NCBI RefSeq assembly: GCF_002571385.2 | Contig: NW_019218057.1 | Coordinates: forward strand, 1-64,000 | DNA from: Stylophora pistillata | Lineage: Eukaryota | Direction of reading: 5' to 3' | DNA length: 64,000 nt | In this document: positions 12,393 through 25,319 of the stretch, piece after piece | Numbering within the stretch: the first letter of the stretch is position 1 | How the letters are laid out: the number at the start of each line of letters is the position of its first letter | The notes under the pieces: model-generated | Database searches by the model: none | Told to the model about the DNA's origin: nothing | What the model saw: only the letters and a program-made list of their open reading frames with translations | Position numbers and translations under genes: made by a program

Positions 12393-12720
12393 CTAAAAAA
12401 CAAAGATTTTGACTAATTGATGATCATCGGTGTAAGCGTTCAGCCTGGCGCCCTTGACGTAAAACAAGAGATCGTTGATAAAGAAGTTGAATAGCATTGG
12501 ACCTACCACACTCCCCTGCGGGACCCCACGTTCAACGCTTTTCCAAGCGGAGAAGTTGCCGCCTATCTTCACTCTCTGAGATCTACCAGAGAGATAGTTC
12601 CTGATTAGAGCGCCACTCTTGTCATCCATACCGTAGGCCTTGAGCTCGGAAAGAAGGAGTGGATACTGAATAACGTCAAACGCTTTGGAGAGGTCCATAG
12701 AGACCACCGCAACGGGCGAA
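12393..12720 (-). mobile_element. Non-LTR retrotransposon RT fragment (CR1/L2-like)
   Basis: MDLSKAFD, GVPQGS and YTDD RT motifs; truncated at both ends. Confidence 0.9.
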
Positions 12721-12972
12721 CACAGATTGTTGTCACATTCGACACATTCGACACATCCGCCATTTTCGAAATCGTGCAGACAAAGTTGCGCCTTAATTAT
12801 TACGTGTCTGAGGTATTCCCCATTGCACGTGACGGCCGACTAATAACAGCGCTTTTGTCACAAACCTGATTTAGAAATAGAAAGCACGATATTTGCTTAC
12901 AGTTACTGTTTGATGAACACACTGCTGCCTCGAGTGAATACATACGTCATCTTTCAATTATAATAGATTTCT

Positions 12973-15900
12973 ATGAAAGTGAAGCAAAATCCTTTTATCG
13001 CTGCAATCAGCTTCGCAAAATTTGTAGCTAGAGAACGTTTTAAAGAACAAATAAGCCGAAGCCGTCCTCGACAGTTTTTGGGACACTTATACTGACGATC
13101 TCTCTCTTTTCACTGCAAGCGACTTTGTGGTACTTCCGACCACAGCATCCTGGGAGAACTTCTTCACATCTTGGGCATGGTATTGGAAACGTTCGAAAGC
13201 TTTTGAAAGCAGATTCAGCTGAAAATCAACAACAGGTCAGCAGTACGTAGTAGAGATGCGTAAACTTTAAAGGTTACATCTAGGCAATTTCGATAGGCCT
13301 TGGAAAATGAGGGTAGACAAGTAGAACGAATCAGCTAGGACCAAGTTTATTTCAGAGATCGTGAAGCTTTACGTAATAAATATGGTTAAAACTTTAAACT
13401 TTAACGATAAATACTCCCAAAAAAAGGTTTTTCAGTACCTATTTACGAATATGAATGCTAACTATAATTATCTGACAAGCCATTGTTAAATTCTAAATTC
13501 TAACTGAAAAATTGCTCAGCTCTCATTCCATTTCGAAAATAATAACATGAGTACCGGTACTTGCCTTTTTTTCTTGATTGCCTTATGTTATTAATCTATT
13601 GAGTAAATTGCTAAATATAACCTTCTTACATTAACCTTGCATTGAGTAACAGTGTCACGTAAATGACATGGTCACCTTAAACAGAATTTTGGACTGATGA
13701 TTTGTTATTAAACAAATTTAGACAGCAGATTTCCTGTATTAAAAAAAAAATCATTAATGCTCATGTGTACCAATGCAATTCAGCATAAGGATCTCATATG
13801 CCACTTTATAAAATCCCTTAACATAACATGCTCAAAATTGATTTTGGAGTTGAGCTTTGGCTGAAACTTCTCTTCATTAGTCACAGATTTAAAAGTCATT
13901 TAATTATCTGCTTGGTAGTTCTCGTGTTATTACATTGAAATTTGCAGCAGCTGACAGCTTGAGAAATTGCCGAGGAAAATATAAGGAAACAGGTTGAATA
14001 ATCAGTGGTTGATTTAAGAAAGATGACATCATCTGTTAATTAGTGCATCAAACAAACAAAAAAATCATGTCTCACATGAGGAAATGAAGTTCAGTGGTGC
14101 TCTGGTAACCACTGAGTTAGATACGCACTAGTGACCAGCCCAAACTCGTCAAGGGTTTCTTTTACTTTAGTGGTAAAGATTTGATTGCAAAAGCAGAGTT
14201 TTTACCCCTATTGGACATTTTTGGTTTCTACTTTGTCCCTGAAACCCATAACAAATAGGAACATCTTTTTGTATTCAACAACAGGATTGGTAATGTACCA
14301 TATTCAATCATTCTTTTAAATTGGTTAGATTTTGCTCCAATGAGTGCTGTAGCTGATTTAAAACTTTAGTATGGTTCAAAGCAGCATTATTCATTGAAAG
14401 GTTTTGCAAAAGTTATTACCTACTATCTGGCTTATTTTATTGGTTCTTCCTATATTGACAGGAGTGTTCTTCTGTGCGTCACATAAACAGTTCATACCGC
14501 TGCAAGTTTGTCCGTTTGGATCCAAGTTGTGATATGTCTGAAGGATTTATTCATTACATACAGTTCAGTTACTGTTCATTTCCAAGTAAACTTCTTCCTC
14601 TTGGCTATTGTTTACTGCTGAGTACTTGTACTTTTACAGTACTAAAGATTATAATAATTACCGGTAAATATAATACTGTCAGGGGATTAGCTAGCTCTCA
14701 GGAAACGCTGATTAGATAATTAATTTTAAAAGACAAAAAAAATACTTGCGAATATTGCAATTTTTGTAACTTCTTTTTACTAGTTTATGTGGCTGGTTTT
14801 TCTATTCATCACTCTTGGATTGACAGCAGATGACTAGTAAGTTGGAAAACTACTATGTCTAGTTCCACTTATGTTAACCATTTCATTCCCAGCAGTGACC
14901 AGAATATAATTTCTCCTTACAATATCTGTTCAATACCAAGCCGACATTCAAGTGATGAGAATAAAGAAAAATATCAATTAAGAGATGACCATTTGATCCA
15001 AAAATAAATTCTCAAAACTTAAATTAAGTAATCTGACAGAGAGTAAGGAGAATTGCTAAGGTGATACTGAGCATGAAAGTGTTACTGTATCCTGAATAGC
15101 AGTTAAACAACAGTGGACTTGCATGAACATGGTTGTGGGTTGGACATGGTGGTTGGGTTTCTGGCCTTAGTCACTCTCTGTGAAGAAAGGTTGACCATAA
15201 CTTCTATACGTAATCAACAACTTAATTATTACATCCAATGAAGTAATTTTACTATCCTTAAAGAGTTTTTAGAGATTGAAATACTTTCAAATTTTATTAT
15301 CAAATTGAATATCAATGATTTTCACATTCATACCTTTGTATATCCTAGATGTTAAGTAAGAAAAATAATGTGTTGACTCAGTCAGGGCTCAACACTAACT
15401 TTTCAACTTAGTCTAGCCAACTTAGATGTTACAACAATTTCAGTTTGTTTTCTAGCCAAACTGACCAGTGGAAATCGAAAACCACCAGCCAAAACTGAAT
15501 TTCTACTAGTCTGTGGCTAGTTGGCTACCACTGGTGTCAAGCACTGTTAGGAGATGTAACTTTGAGAATTTCATTGTTATCTAAGATATCCTGTTTCCCC
15601 TGTAGCTTCTGTCCATCTCTAGCAGTGATTTGTGAAACTTTAGGTATCAGTCAGAACATTGCTGTATCCTTTACTCATGCAATCTCCATTGTTACCTCTT
15701 TCAAACTAAATCAAGCTTTAGCATCTAAACCAGCACTTTAAGTACAGTATTAGTCAGAGTTAGTATCAATTTACTAGTTGGAATTCTACCTTGTAGTTAA
15801 GATTTGGAAAACTGGTAGATAGGCTGACAGTTGCTTTGGGCCTCTCTCTCGTCAGTTCTCAGGTGATAGAAATCTTGAAATCATTATCTAAAGTGAAGTA

Positions 15901-18900
15901 GTTGTGGGGTTTTGTACTTTTTTTTTGGTGTACACCAGTAAGTAGGCTCTTGTGAACTGTCCTCTAAACACTTCAAGGTCTGATACCTAAGGGAGGTTAG
16001 ACCAACCAGGATTTGGTTTCCTTAATAAAGTTTTAAACTATAGGGAGTTACATTCCTTGCCTTTGGCAATGGTGCACCTGACATCTTTAGTGCTCTGGCA
16101 GCTTATTCTCAGAGTAAAAATCAAACTGGAGTACAGCTTGGAATGCAAGCCCTCTTTGGTAAGCTCTGCAAAATCTTTAGACTAAGTGTAAATCCAATGT
16201 GGGATGACCCTTAATTTGAAGGCCTTGATTGGAAGTTAATTAATATGCATTTAATTGCATGCTGTTTATATCATGAAACATCTGAAAGTATGTGTGGAAG
16301 TTTAAATGGATCTCAGGTCAAAGTGATTCTTATCTGACTAATCGACAGTTTTATACCTTTGTCCTGGCTGTAATACCAATGTCTTTACACATCAAGGAAA
16401 AAGCAAATCAAACCAGTTTGAAATCATGCTAAATCTTAATTAATTTTAAACTGCAACATATGCATTGTGTGCCTTGGGTTGTTTTGCTCATGACCAAAAG
16501 GTCATGTTACTGACTCTACAGGCTCTCATGTCAAAAGTGATGAAATAGTGCATGTTAGTAATACAGACAGAGGTTTAATAAAATGATGTCTAATACAATT
16601 AAATTGATATGGACTGTCCTGAAAAATGAAAGAAAAAACTGTTAGTAGTTCCATAAAGGTGAATTAGCAGATAAAATTAAATATTAGAAAAATACGAGTG
16701 TCAAGTCATCAGTAGGGTTAAAAATATTGTCTTTCAACTAGAAGATCACAGTTTTCCTTCAAAGTTCAATCAATTGGGAGTAAATTAGATCTGAAATGAG
16801 ACATTGAATTGCATGTTTTTAACTTTTGATTTTAATTTGTTTTGCTCAGGTGCTGGTATTTTTGTAACTACAGTGGTTGTTGGGGTAATATCATTTATCT
16901 CAACGGAAATCAAACTGACAAGCCGTCCTTTCATCAGGGATGTATTGTTCTACTTGGGAGCCATGTCATGGACTTTTATTACCTTATACAAGGAAAATAT
17001 TACTATGGAAGAGGCAATAGGTAAGATATTAACTTAAAGACACAGTGAAAGCTTGAAGACAAGTATTATGACTGAACATTATGATCATGCATTTCTACTG
17101 CTTATTATATTGTACTCTGAAAAAGTTGCTAAAAACAATTAAATCTAGTATATTAAAGGTGAACCTTTAAAGTTAAGAATTTCCTCTGAATTTTCAACCA
17201 CCTAGATGGAAAATATTAAACGTTTTCTCTCTACTCAAAAAGGAGGATTTTTTATCTTTGTTGTACCTAGTGTTGTAGTTGATGTTGTTTCCATGTACTC
17301 TTTGTGGCCAGCATGGTTAGTTAATGGTTGTTTCAACATCTTAAAGAAATTAATGACACAAGGCTGTGCTCTAAGGAAAATTGAATGGAGCCAAGTGCTC
17401 TGAAACTGTGAAATCCAGGGTGCCCAGCATATGCTTTGTATGAAAAGACTAAAATTCCTGAGTCGCCCAAGAGCAAAAGTAAGGCACCAGGGGCCACCAG
17501 GCGCTGCTATACCACAGCCTTGTGACATAATGGCAATTTAACTCAGTTTATCAGTTTTTCTGCATTAGTTTAAAGAAACATATGATTAATTAAGTTACAT
17601 TAATTTTAATTTTTGAAACGCAAAGGAGTGATAATGCTTGATTATAAGGAACCATTGAAAATCCATTTGTAATGCATTCACTTTCAATATCTAATTGTGA
17701 ATTCTCCCCTTTAGCAGCTACACATTTCCTAGTAAAATGGTTACAAGAATTTGGTATTTGATCATAATAAAAATCTCTACTTGATAAGTTTGAGTATTCT
17801 AATTACCTGTTTGCTGGAAAATGTATGGATATTTTAGGGAGAAGTCACTTGTTAATCAGTTCTTGGAGTTAAAGGGTTAAAAGATAATTCTGACTTTACT
17901 CAATTATAATCTTTCCCCTGTTAAAAAGGTTTCATAGCATTTTATGTTGTGTACATCGCTGTGGTTATTATTGGACGCTATGTCTATCAGAGGTGTAAAA
18001 GGACAGCAGTGCGAGTGGAAATACAACCTGACCCAGAGATAGGTTTGTTTTCAGCATTTCTATTACCCATGAGAGTGCAGTCACATTTAAATAAAACATT
18101 ACAAGCCAAATTACATTATTTTACTATTGAATGAATACTTCACATTTGATTGTCTACACTTTGTCTTCTTTCCAAACACATTAAAAAAAAAAACCCTGGA
18201 CATATTGATTTAAATTGTATATTTGTATTTTAATGAACAGAATCCAGTGGACAATTTTTTGAGACGCACAACGTAGCATGGACAAGAAAACAGTTGAATG
18301 CTAGTCAACAATCCAGGACAGATTTAAGTATCAGTACAAGAGAATTTGATGTCCACTGCCGAAACAAAAGCACTTCTCTATCTAATAGTATGGTTTCAGG
18401 TAATGTAATGGACCACTGCCTTGCAATAAAATATTTAGACAAGTGTCTTTGATAGGCTATTGATTAATTAGTTTTGGGCTTACAGGCAAAGCGGAGGTAT
18501 TTTCTGACAATTTAGTGGTACACGTAGCATCCAGTTAATCTATTGGCTGCAGGAAATAGAGGTAAAAAGTCATAAGGTTTCTCTGACGGGTCTTTGGCAA
18601 CTTTTTATAGAATTTCTTACCCAGGAATACAACTTACAGTGGAACAGCATCAAATTTTCTAGATATACATACTGTAGCTTGAGTATATTAATTTCTGAAG
18701 CAAGTCTCTAGTTAGGTCACACGATATCTGCTTTGAGGATGTCAAAGAAGACTTTTCTCTATTCAAATATTAAGTACTTTTCCATCTTTGTAGGTGCCCT
18801 GATTTCATCGGAAAAAACCCTCATAGCCCCAGCATTTCAAAATGCTCCAGCTCTTGTCAGGCAGCATTCTGCCAATTCAGGTATTTATATCAATTATTTA

Positions 18901-21900
18901 AGCACAGGGTTTGGTCATCACTTTCATAAATTTTTAACAATCATACACTTACCAACTACATTTCTCTAACTTACCAGATTCTTAAGGTAATAAACCTCCA
19001 GTTGCAAATGAAAAGAATTTGAACCATGGCTAACTTATATGAATGTTTTCCTTCAGATGAGGATTTGCCTCTTCTGGGAGGTGAAAGGAAAGTTACTGCT
19101 TGGAGAAAATTTATTATTGGACTGGAACCAATTGACTGTGAGGACTGGAGCAGAAGTAACATTTTCAAGAAATTATTTTTGATTTGTAAGGTAAGACATT
19201 TTTATCTGTATTAATAAACTGACATGAAAATTTGACATGATTTTTGCCATGATCTCAAATGAACATTTAACAACCAAGAAACCGACAACCTTCCCTCCAA
19301 GATATTGTCATAAGAATTCTTTAGGCAAATACCTATTTATTCAAAGAGCTGTGTTCTCAATGATTGCAGGCTCCAGCTGTATTTTTTTTAAATCTTACCA
19401 TACCAGTGGTGGATTATGATGAAGAGGATCATAACTGGAATAAATGGCTGAATGTTTTACATTGCATAACAATGCCTGTGTTTGGTGTCCTGGCTACAAA
19501 AGGTAGGGATTTCTTGCCCCCAAAGCTTGCTGATTTTGCTCAAAAATTACCTCTGAAGTAAGAACACGAGGATCTTTTTTACATACTTAACATTATGATA
19601 CTGTTTGTCTCGCGATGTGGTCTCACGACAAGTCACTTATGGACGCGATGTTTCTTCCTTTATTACTTCACATTAATTAGCAGAGCGCTTCAACATCTTT
19701 GGGAAATTTCCGTCTCGTCGATCTCTTCCACCCACTCAAACGTGTTCGTGGAAGATGGATAGTTACCTTTGAATATGTTTCACTCACAAGAAACAGACCG
19801 CTAGATGAAAGAAAAGCAAAGTGAAAACGAAAGAGCAAAGAAATCCTGCCGTGCTAAACTCTCTCACGGGAGAAATTTTTAAAACAGAAACCCTTGGGGT
19901 GACAAAAACTGGAGGTTTATTTCATTGACATTAATACACATACACTGTTGATTTTTTTTTTTTTTTGGTTTTTTTGGTTTTTTTGGTTTTTTTTTTTTTT
20001 TCTCAGCCGGTAGTCATTTAATTGGTGGCAAATTTCCTGCCTGGGCCCTGGCTCTCTGTGCTGGACTGCTTCTAGCTTTGGTTGTAGCTATGACGACAAA
20101 GAGTGAAAAGAGGCCTCGGGGTCATTCGGTAAGAACTCGAAGCTTTAAGCCCCAGGAGTGATTAACATGTAACTTCTCCCTATAATATCCACACACTATC
20201 CAGCAAACAGGTAATGAGAATACTCAAACTTATCAAGTAGATGGTGTCCTCTCGATATAACACCAAATTCTCGTAAGGAAGTGTGTAGCAGCAAGAGGGG
20301 ATAATCAACTATCAGATCTTGGGAGTCAAAGCGTTAAATGTTACTTAGATACTCTTAGAGACATCTGTAATGTGAACAAACGGGTGTGACGCATATCTAG
20401 GTTAGTGCGAATTGAATGTCGAAGAACGTGTTGAAAGCTGTAAAATTCGGGTCTTTAAAATGAAAGTTTGGCAAGATTAGATTTCCAAATTACCTCATAC
20501 TTCGTTATGCCTATACAATTATTTGATAAAAGAAAGAGAAAGCGAAAAGAGTAGGTTCCCTACGAGGGTAATGCTTTGTTTTAGAATAATACAGGATTAT
20601 AAGGAAATCGTTTCAAATTTTTCTTTAAACAACGTGTTGGAAGGACTTCCACTCCTGATCACACCCTTATCATAAATCGAATCCAGGAGATTTCAGGCAA
20701 AGCGTTAATAAACCAGTTTCAGTTCTCTCAGGTATAAATACAGCAATATAAGATCTAAAATTGATCACTTACTAGTCTTGCTGCGTTCTTGAATCTATCG
20801 TCAGTTGTTTGCCTACCTGGCGTTTGTGATTTCCGTGGTCTGGATTTACACCACAGCAAATGAGATTGTAAACCTTCTCAAGGTACAGTGGATGTCTTGT
20901 TTTCAGTTAAGCTTGCGAATTCTTTCTTCAGAAAAACCGTACACTGATACAAATAGTACTTATTCTTAGGCGCAATTTTAGGCGCCCTATTTAACGCTCG
21001 GACGTAAATCTTATGGAAAAATTTCTTTTCTTTGGACTTGTGACTTTCGTTTAATTTTTCCCTTCTTTTATCTGTAGACTTTCGGTATCGTGTTTGGTTT
21101 AAGTGATGCACTTCTTGGCCTTACTTTTCTTGCATGGGGAAACAGTTTAGGTGGTAAGTTTGGACTGACTTTTACCTTGTTCTTATCAGTTCATGTCTGC
21201 AGAAATCAGTTCAGGAAATCTTTTTTCTGCATACATGCATAAATAAATAGTTTTACATACCTACAGTGTTGTATATTAAGCTCGAAGTTTAGTCTATCAG
21301 AAATGTTCTTGTGTCTTTGACATATATGTAGTTTCAATGCGAAGGAGTACGGCAATTCTCGAAACACTGCTCACCAGAGAATTTAAGAGAACGTCTCTTC
21401 TGAAAAAACAAACAAACAAACAAACAAAAGAGACAAGAAAAACAAGAATAAAGAGACGTAACCTTTTTCTATAGATCAAAAGGTCCGCACCAAAAAGATC
21501 TGTTCATCAAGTACTAAATCGTAACCCTTGCTTTTTATCTTGTATTGTAGTATTTCTACTTTATCTTTGTAGACCTTATATCAAACACGGCCATGGCAAG
21601 GCAGGGGTTTGGTCGTATGGCTGTATCAGCCTGCTTTGGGGGTCCTTTGTTAAGTATCCTTTCTGTAAGGAGTGTGAATCATTGTCAGTGAGGTACTCTA
21701 AGCGTGCAAACGCTTTGCAAGCGAGGGAAACTTTGTCAATATCAGATTTTAATGAGTTCTTCACCCATTTAAGATTTATGATTCTGCGAAGTTACTACTA
21801 CAGAAGCACTAGTAGCGTTGGGGGTAAAAAGCGATCCTTATTTATTTTCTGACTGGCTTATACGTGAATGAAACCTCAACAACTTGTCACTTTTACGACA

Positions 21901-22669
21901 CGCGCAGCGGTGGATTTGAAAGAGTTACTTTTTGTGATTCGCCAACAGCGTTTGCGGTTATGGTATCCTACTGGCCTTATTGGGATTCATGCCTCGGAAA
22001 AGCTTGTTCTTTTTTTACGGATTCAGTACGTTTTCGCTCACATTAGTAAAATAGTGTAGACTCATCAGGGAAAATATGAAGCAGCACTGTATTGCCTTTG
22101 AATAGAAAAGTTTCCTTATCATTTGTTTAGATATGTTACTAGGTATTGGTATATCATGTACTTATGTCACAGTGTCACATGGACATGCAATACTTGTAAG
22201 TATCTACTTATACTCTGATAACTTTCACGTGTCAGCCAGCAGTTGCGACATTCTGCATCATCGGCGTAAGACTGCTCTCGCACAAACTATTTCAGTTGCA
22301 AACCTCACCTTTTTTTCCCCTTACCTCCCCACCCTCCTGTCAAAGTTACTTCGCTCTCAACGTTATGCGGCACTCTTGCACCTTAGGATTGAGGGAGGGG
22401 ATAGTGGAATTAAAGCTCTATTAAATATCTACTCCTCCCCCTTGGCCTGAATCCCTGTATCCTAACAGGTTTTCTTCTTTGTCTAGTTACGTCACAAATA
22501 TAACCAGTACGTGATCTCAGCTGCATTTCTAGCTGCCAGTCTCGGCTCTTCGGCCATCTGCATTCCATTAATGGGGTTCAGAGTGCCCCGGATATATGGC
22601 GTGTATCTTCTAACACTGTATCTGGCCTACTTAGTGGTATCCATAACAACAGCTATTGAACATAAATGA
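12973..22669 (+). CDS. SLC8B1: Na(Li)/Ca exchanger NCLX (SLC8B1/SLC24A6), 17 exons: 12973-13235, 14462-14617, 14784-14836, 15606-15663, 16044-16158, 16850-17020, 17929-18042, 18241-18399, 18794-18880, 19057-19190, 19370-19502, 20007-20128, 20805-20882, 21078-21153, 21573-21653, 22131-22195, 22487-22669
   Basis: Alpha-1 repeat AGVTFLAFGNGAPDIFS, alpha-2 repeat LGLTFLAWGNSLGDLISN, FCPSL, RPFIRDVLFYL, SACFGGPLLNMLLGIG; phases consistent. Exon 1 needs a 1-nt correction and the exon 2 donor reads CT (see findings). Confidence 0.92.
15664..16043 (+). other. U12-type (minor spliceosome) GT-AG intron
   Basis: Donor GTATCCTTT; branch TTCCTTAAT ~16018-16026 near the AG; splicing joins QNIA|GVTFLAFG. 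Confidence 0.9.
17359..17522. mobile_element. MITE with 5-bp TSD (hAT5-like); second copy 38321-38484
   Basis: TIR CAAGGCTGTG...CACAGCCTTG; TSD TGACA here and ACATT at the second copy. Confidence 0.85.
17670..17880. mobile_element. TTAA-type (piggyBac-like) MITE family; relatives at ~14873-15085, 20145-20337, 33800-34010, 41675-41860
   Basis: Degenerate TTAACCCTTT...AAAGGGTTAA ends and shared internal motifs (TTTCTCCTTACAATATC, GTAATGAGAATA). Confidence 0.6.
21654..22130 (+). other. U12-type GT-AG intron
   Basis: Donor GTATCCTTT; branch-like TTTCCTTATC 22111-22120; splicing joins GGPLL-N-MLLGIG. Confidence 0.88.
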
Positions 22670-23499
22670 CGGTAGATTGTCATATTTCTTATAGTGACGA
22701 TTAAGGTGATTATTTTAGCCACATTGCTAAATATATTTTTATGTTCGTAATAAGGACTCGATAAAGTTTTATTAATGAATTTCGTCTGACAGGGAAGTAT
22801 TTTTTTTTTATCTAGGATTTACAATTATGTTTTTTGTTGAAAGGGGAAATGAGATAAAACCGCAAGGGTTTGACTTGAACTTCTAAACTAGACCATTTAA
22901 GTTGACGTTCAGGGTCTTCAGGCATTGCAGTAAACTATTTATGAGAAATCTATCCCATGTGTGTAGAAGATTAACCATTTTGCATCAAGTGTTTTACGTT
23001 TCAAGATCCAGAATTGTAAAATAAATTCGATAATTATTCTGGCCGTTATGACGTTTTAGAACTTTTTGTACCCAAATTTAATGTAAATACTGTTATTTGA
23101 AATGGTAGGTGCGAAATTGTATCTGTAAATCATCAGTTAATCTAAAAGGAAAACCAGAAAAATTCTTTTATACAATTTTGACACAATTGCATAATTTAGT
23201 ACAGATTTAGTTTTAGTCTTAGAACTGAGTTCTAAGAATGTAGTGAATGTACGATTTTTTTTACAAGTAATAGTTCTAAAGATGTCGACATGATTAGCTT
23301 AAAGCTAGAAACTTAATATGTGTCCGAGAATTCAGAGGTCTCCAAATAAAAAATATTTTGTTTAACAGTTTTACTTCCTTAGCATATTTTTTATATAATA
23401 TATGATTCAGTGATAAAATATGAAAAACTTGGAGTGGACGCATCGAAGGTGAAAGACATTAGTAAAAAGATGTTAATCAACAAATTATTGACAAAATGG

Positions 23500-24082
23500 A
23501 TTTCTGATTTTGGACAATAGTGGTTGATTTCCGATTTTGGACACTGGTGGCCAATTTTGGATTTTAAACGCTTGAGGCCGATTTGCGATTTTGAACACTG
23601 GTAGCTAATTTGCGATTTTGGACACTAGTGGCCGACTTGCGATTTTGGGCATAAGCGGCGGATTTGCGATTTGAGATACTAGTGGCCGATATTGAAGTAT
23701 GGACACAAGTGGCTATTTTGCGATTTTGGACACTAGTTACACAATAGTGTTTCTGTCGAGGAACTATCGGCTGATAGTTGCCCCGCGGGAATTTTATGTT
23801 CTTAAAACAAATATTTTCCCGNGACAATTTAGTGATGAACTATAATGGCCGATACTGATGTTTGGACACTGTTGGCCGAAGTTTGGACACAAGTGGCCGG
23901 TTTTGAATTTTGGTTACTTGTGGCCGTTTGTGGATTTTGGACACTCAATAGTGGCCGATTTGCAAATGTTGGTCACTAGTGGCCGATTTCGGATTTAGGA
24001 CACCAGATGTCCATTTTGGATTTAGGACACTAGTGGCCGATTTGCGATTTAGGACAGTAATGGTCGATTTTGGATTTTGGAC
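23500..24082. repeat. 27-bp minisatellite (consensus TTTTGGACACTAGTGGCCGATTTGCGA), interrupted at ~23740-23840
   Basis: Degenerate head-to-tail units with no unique spacers; gives the repetitive ORF SVQNRKSAT. Confidence 0.9.
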
Positions 24083-25004
24083 ACACAAGTGCTTACATCA
24101 CTCGTCGGCTTGAAACATACTGGTTCGAGGCACAGCGCCAATAAGAGCGAGCTCGCAGGCTTGCAGTAGTTTGATAGCGCAGCAGAGCAGTGCTCACATG
24201 ATAAGGCGAGGAAAGATCGAGGACCATAATAACTGTTTTATCTCGCATCAATCTGCCGGTAATTACTGAAACCCTAGAATTAGCTTATCTTTGCTATTCA
24301 AAATATCCGGATTTTCTCTTTTTGTCAAAAAACTGAGAGGTGAATGCTTTCCTTTACTTCCGTCCTGTTATTCATTTTATCATTCATTGATTATTTTCTT
24401 TCTTACCTCTTCGATCTTAACTGTTATCACCTCCAAACGAATGATATGGTCGTCAAAGGAAACCTTTCTACCGACCCCTGAAACTACAGTCAAACCTGTC
24501 ATCAACAGACACCGGACGAAAAATATTAATTGAAAACATCTAGCGGAGGGTGGTAGCTCAATTGAAGAGCTGGTGTGACAGATGGCAATATAGAGTAAGA
24601 AGATAGATTAAGAAACTGAGAAAATCAGGGGTTTGATTGTGGTCGTTAAATGAATTGAGATATATTCTTATCTAATCACTGAGTTTAAATCCACCTTCAT
24701 TCTTCATCTAATTATGACAATTTATCCGCTCAACGCTTTCGAATTTCATTTATCGTAAGAGTATGCGTTTCACCAATCCACACGTTCACAACAAGTTATA
24801 CTTTTTGTCTTAACTCGCCCACAATGGAGTTCTCTCAGCTCAGAAGCAGAAAATTAAATCGCAAAATCAACTGACTGAGAAGAAGTCGAATCCTCGTAGA
24901 ACGCTCAGGTTTTTTTTTGCCTTTGTTCAACGCTGAAAAAGTGCATTACGATATTACAGATATATCGCGAGAAAGCGGAGAAAGGAGTTTGAAAAGCAAC
25001 CCTG

Positions 25005-25319
25005 ATGATACCGACTTGCCTTACAGAGTTTCAGTTTTCCTCGGGGCTAAGCAGCGCGTCAGAAGAGAACAGTCCATTTGTATTACCACCGTGCGTGGCT
25101 GCCGGGCATACAGCCAAGGCGAAAGGAGACATTGGAATCACTAAAAATTCAATCTGGGAAATTATCGTCCAAAAAAATGGGCCATTTCCTGCGGACATTC
25201 CCGTATTAGATAGACGGAAATCTGCTGACAGTGAAACAAGATTGACGAGCGAAGCCGCAAATTTCGTAAGACACTTTTCGGCGCGCACGACGGAAGTGCC
25301 GACGGAAAGAGCGCATTGA
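25005..25319 (+). CDS. Hypothetical 104-aa protein
   Basis: ATG-started ORF in a locally GC-rich island; no recognisable motif; antisense frame also open. Confidence 0.3.
   Translation: MIPTCLTEFQFSSGLSSASEENSPFVLPPCVAAGHTAKAKGDIGITKNSIWEIIVQKNGPFPADIPVLDRRKSADSETRLTSEAANFVRHFSARTTEVPTERAH

Noticed and set aside
13072-13083. Programmed -1 ribosomal frameshift in NCLX
   Set aside because: G_TTT_TTG is not a canonical slippery heptamer and no stimulatory structure is evident; an indel is simpler.
23500-24082. CRISPR-like periodic array and ORF 23564-23827
   Set aside because: Contiguous degenerate units, no unique spacers, no cas genes, eukaryotic context.
24548-24590. tRNA-like A-box GGTAGCTCAATTG
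   Set aside because: No B-box or cloverleaf follows.
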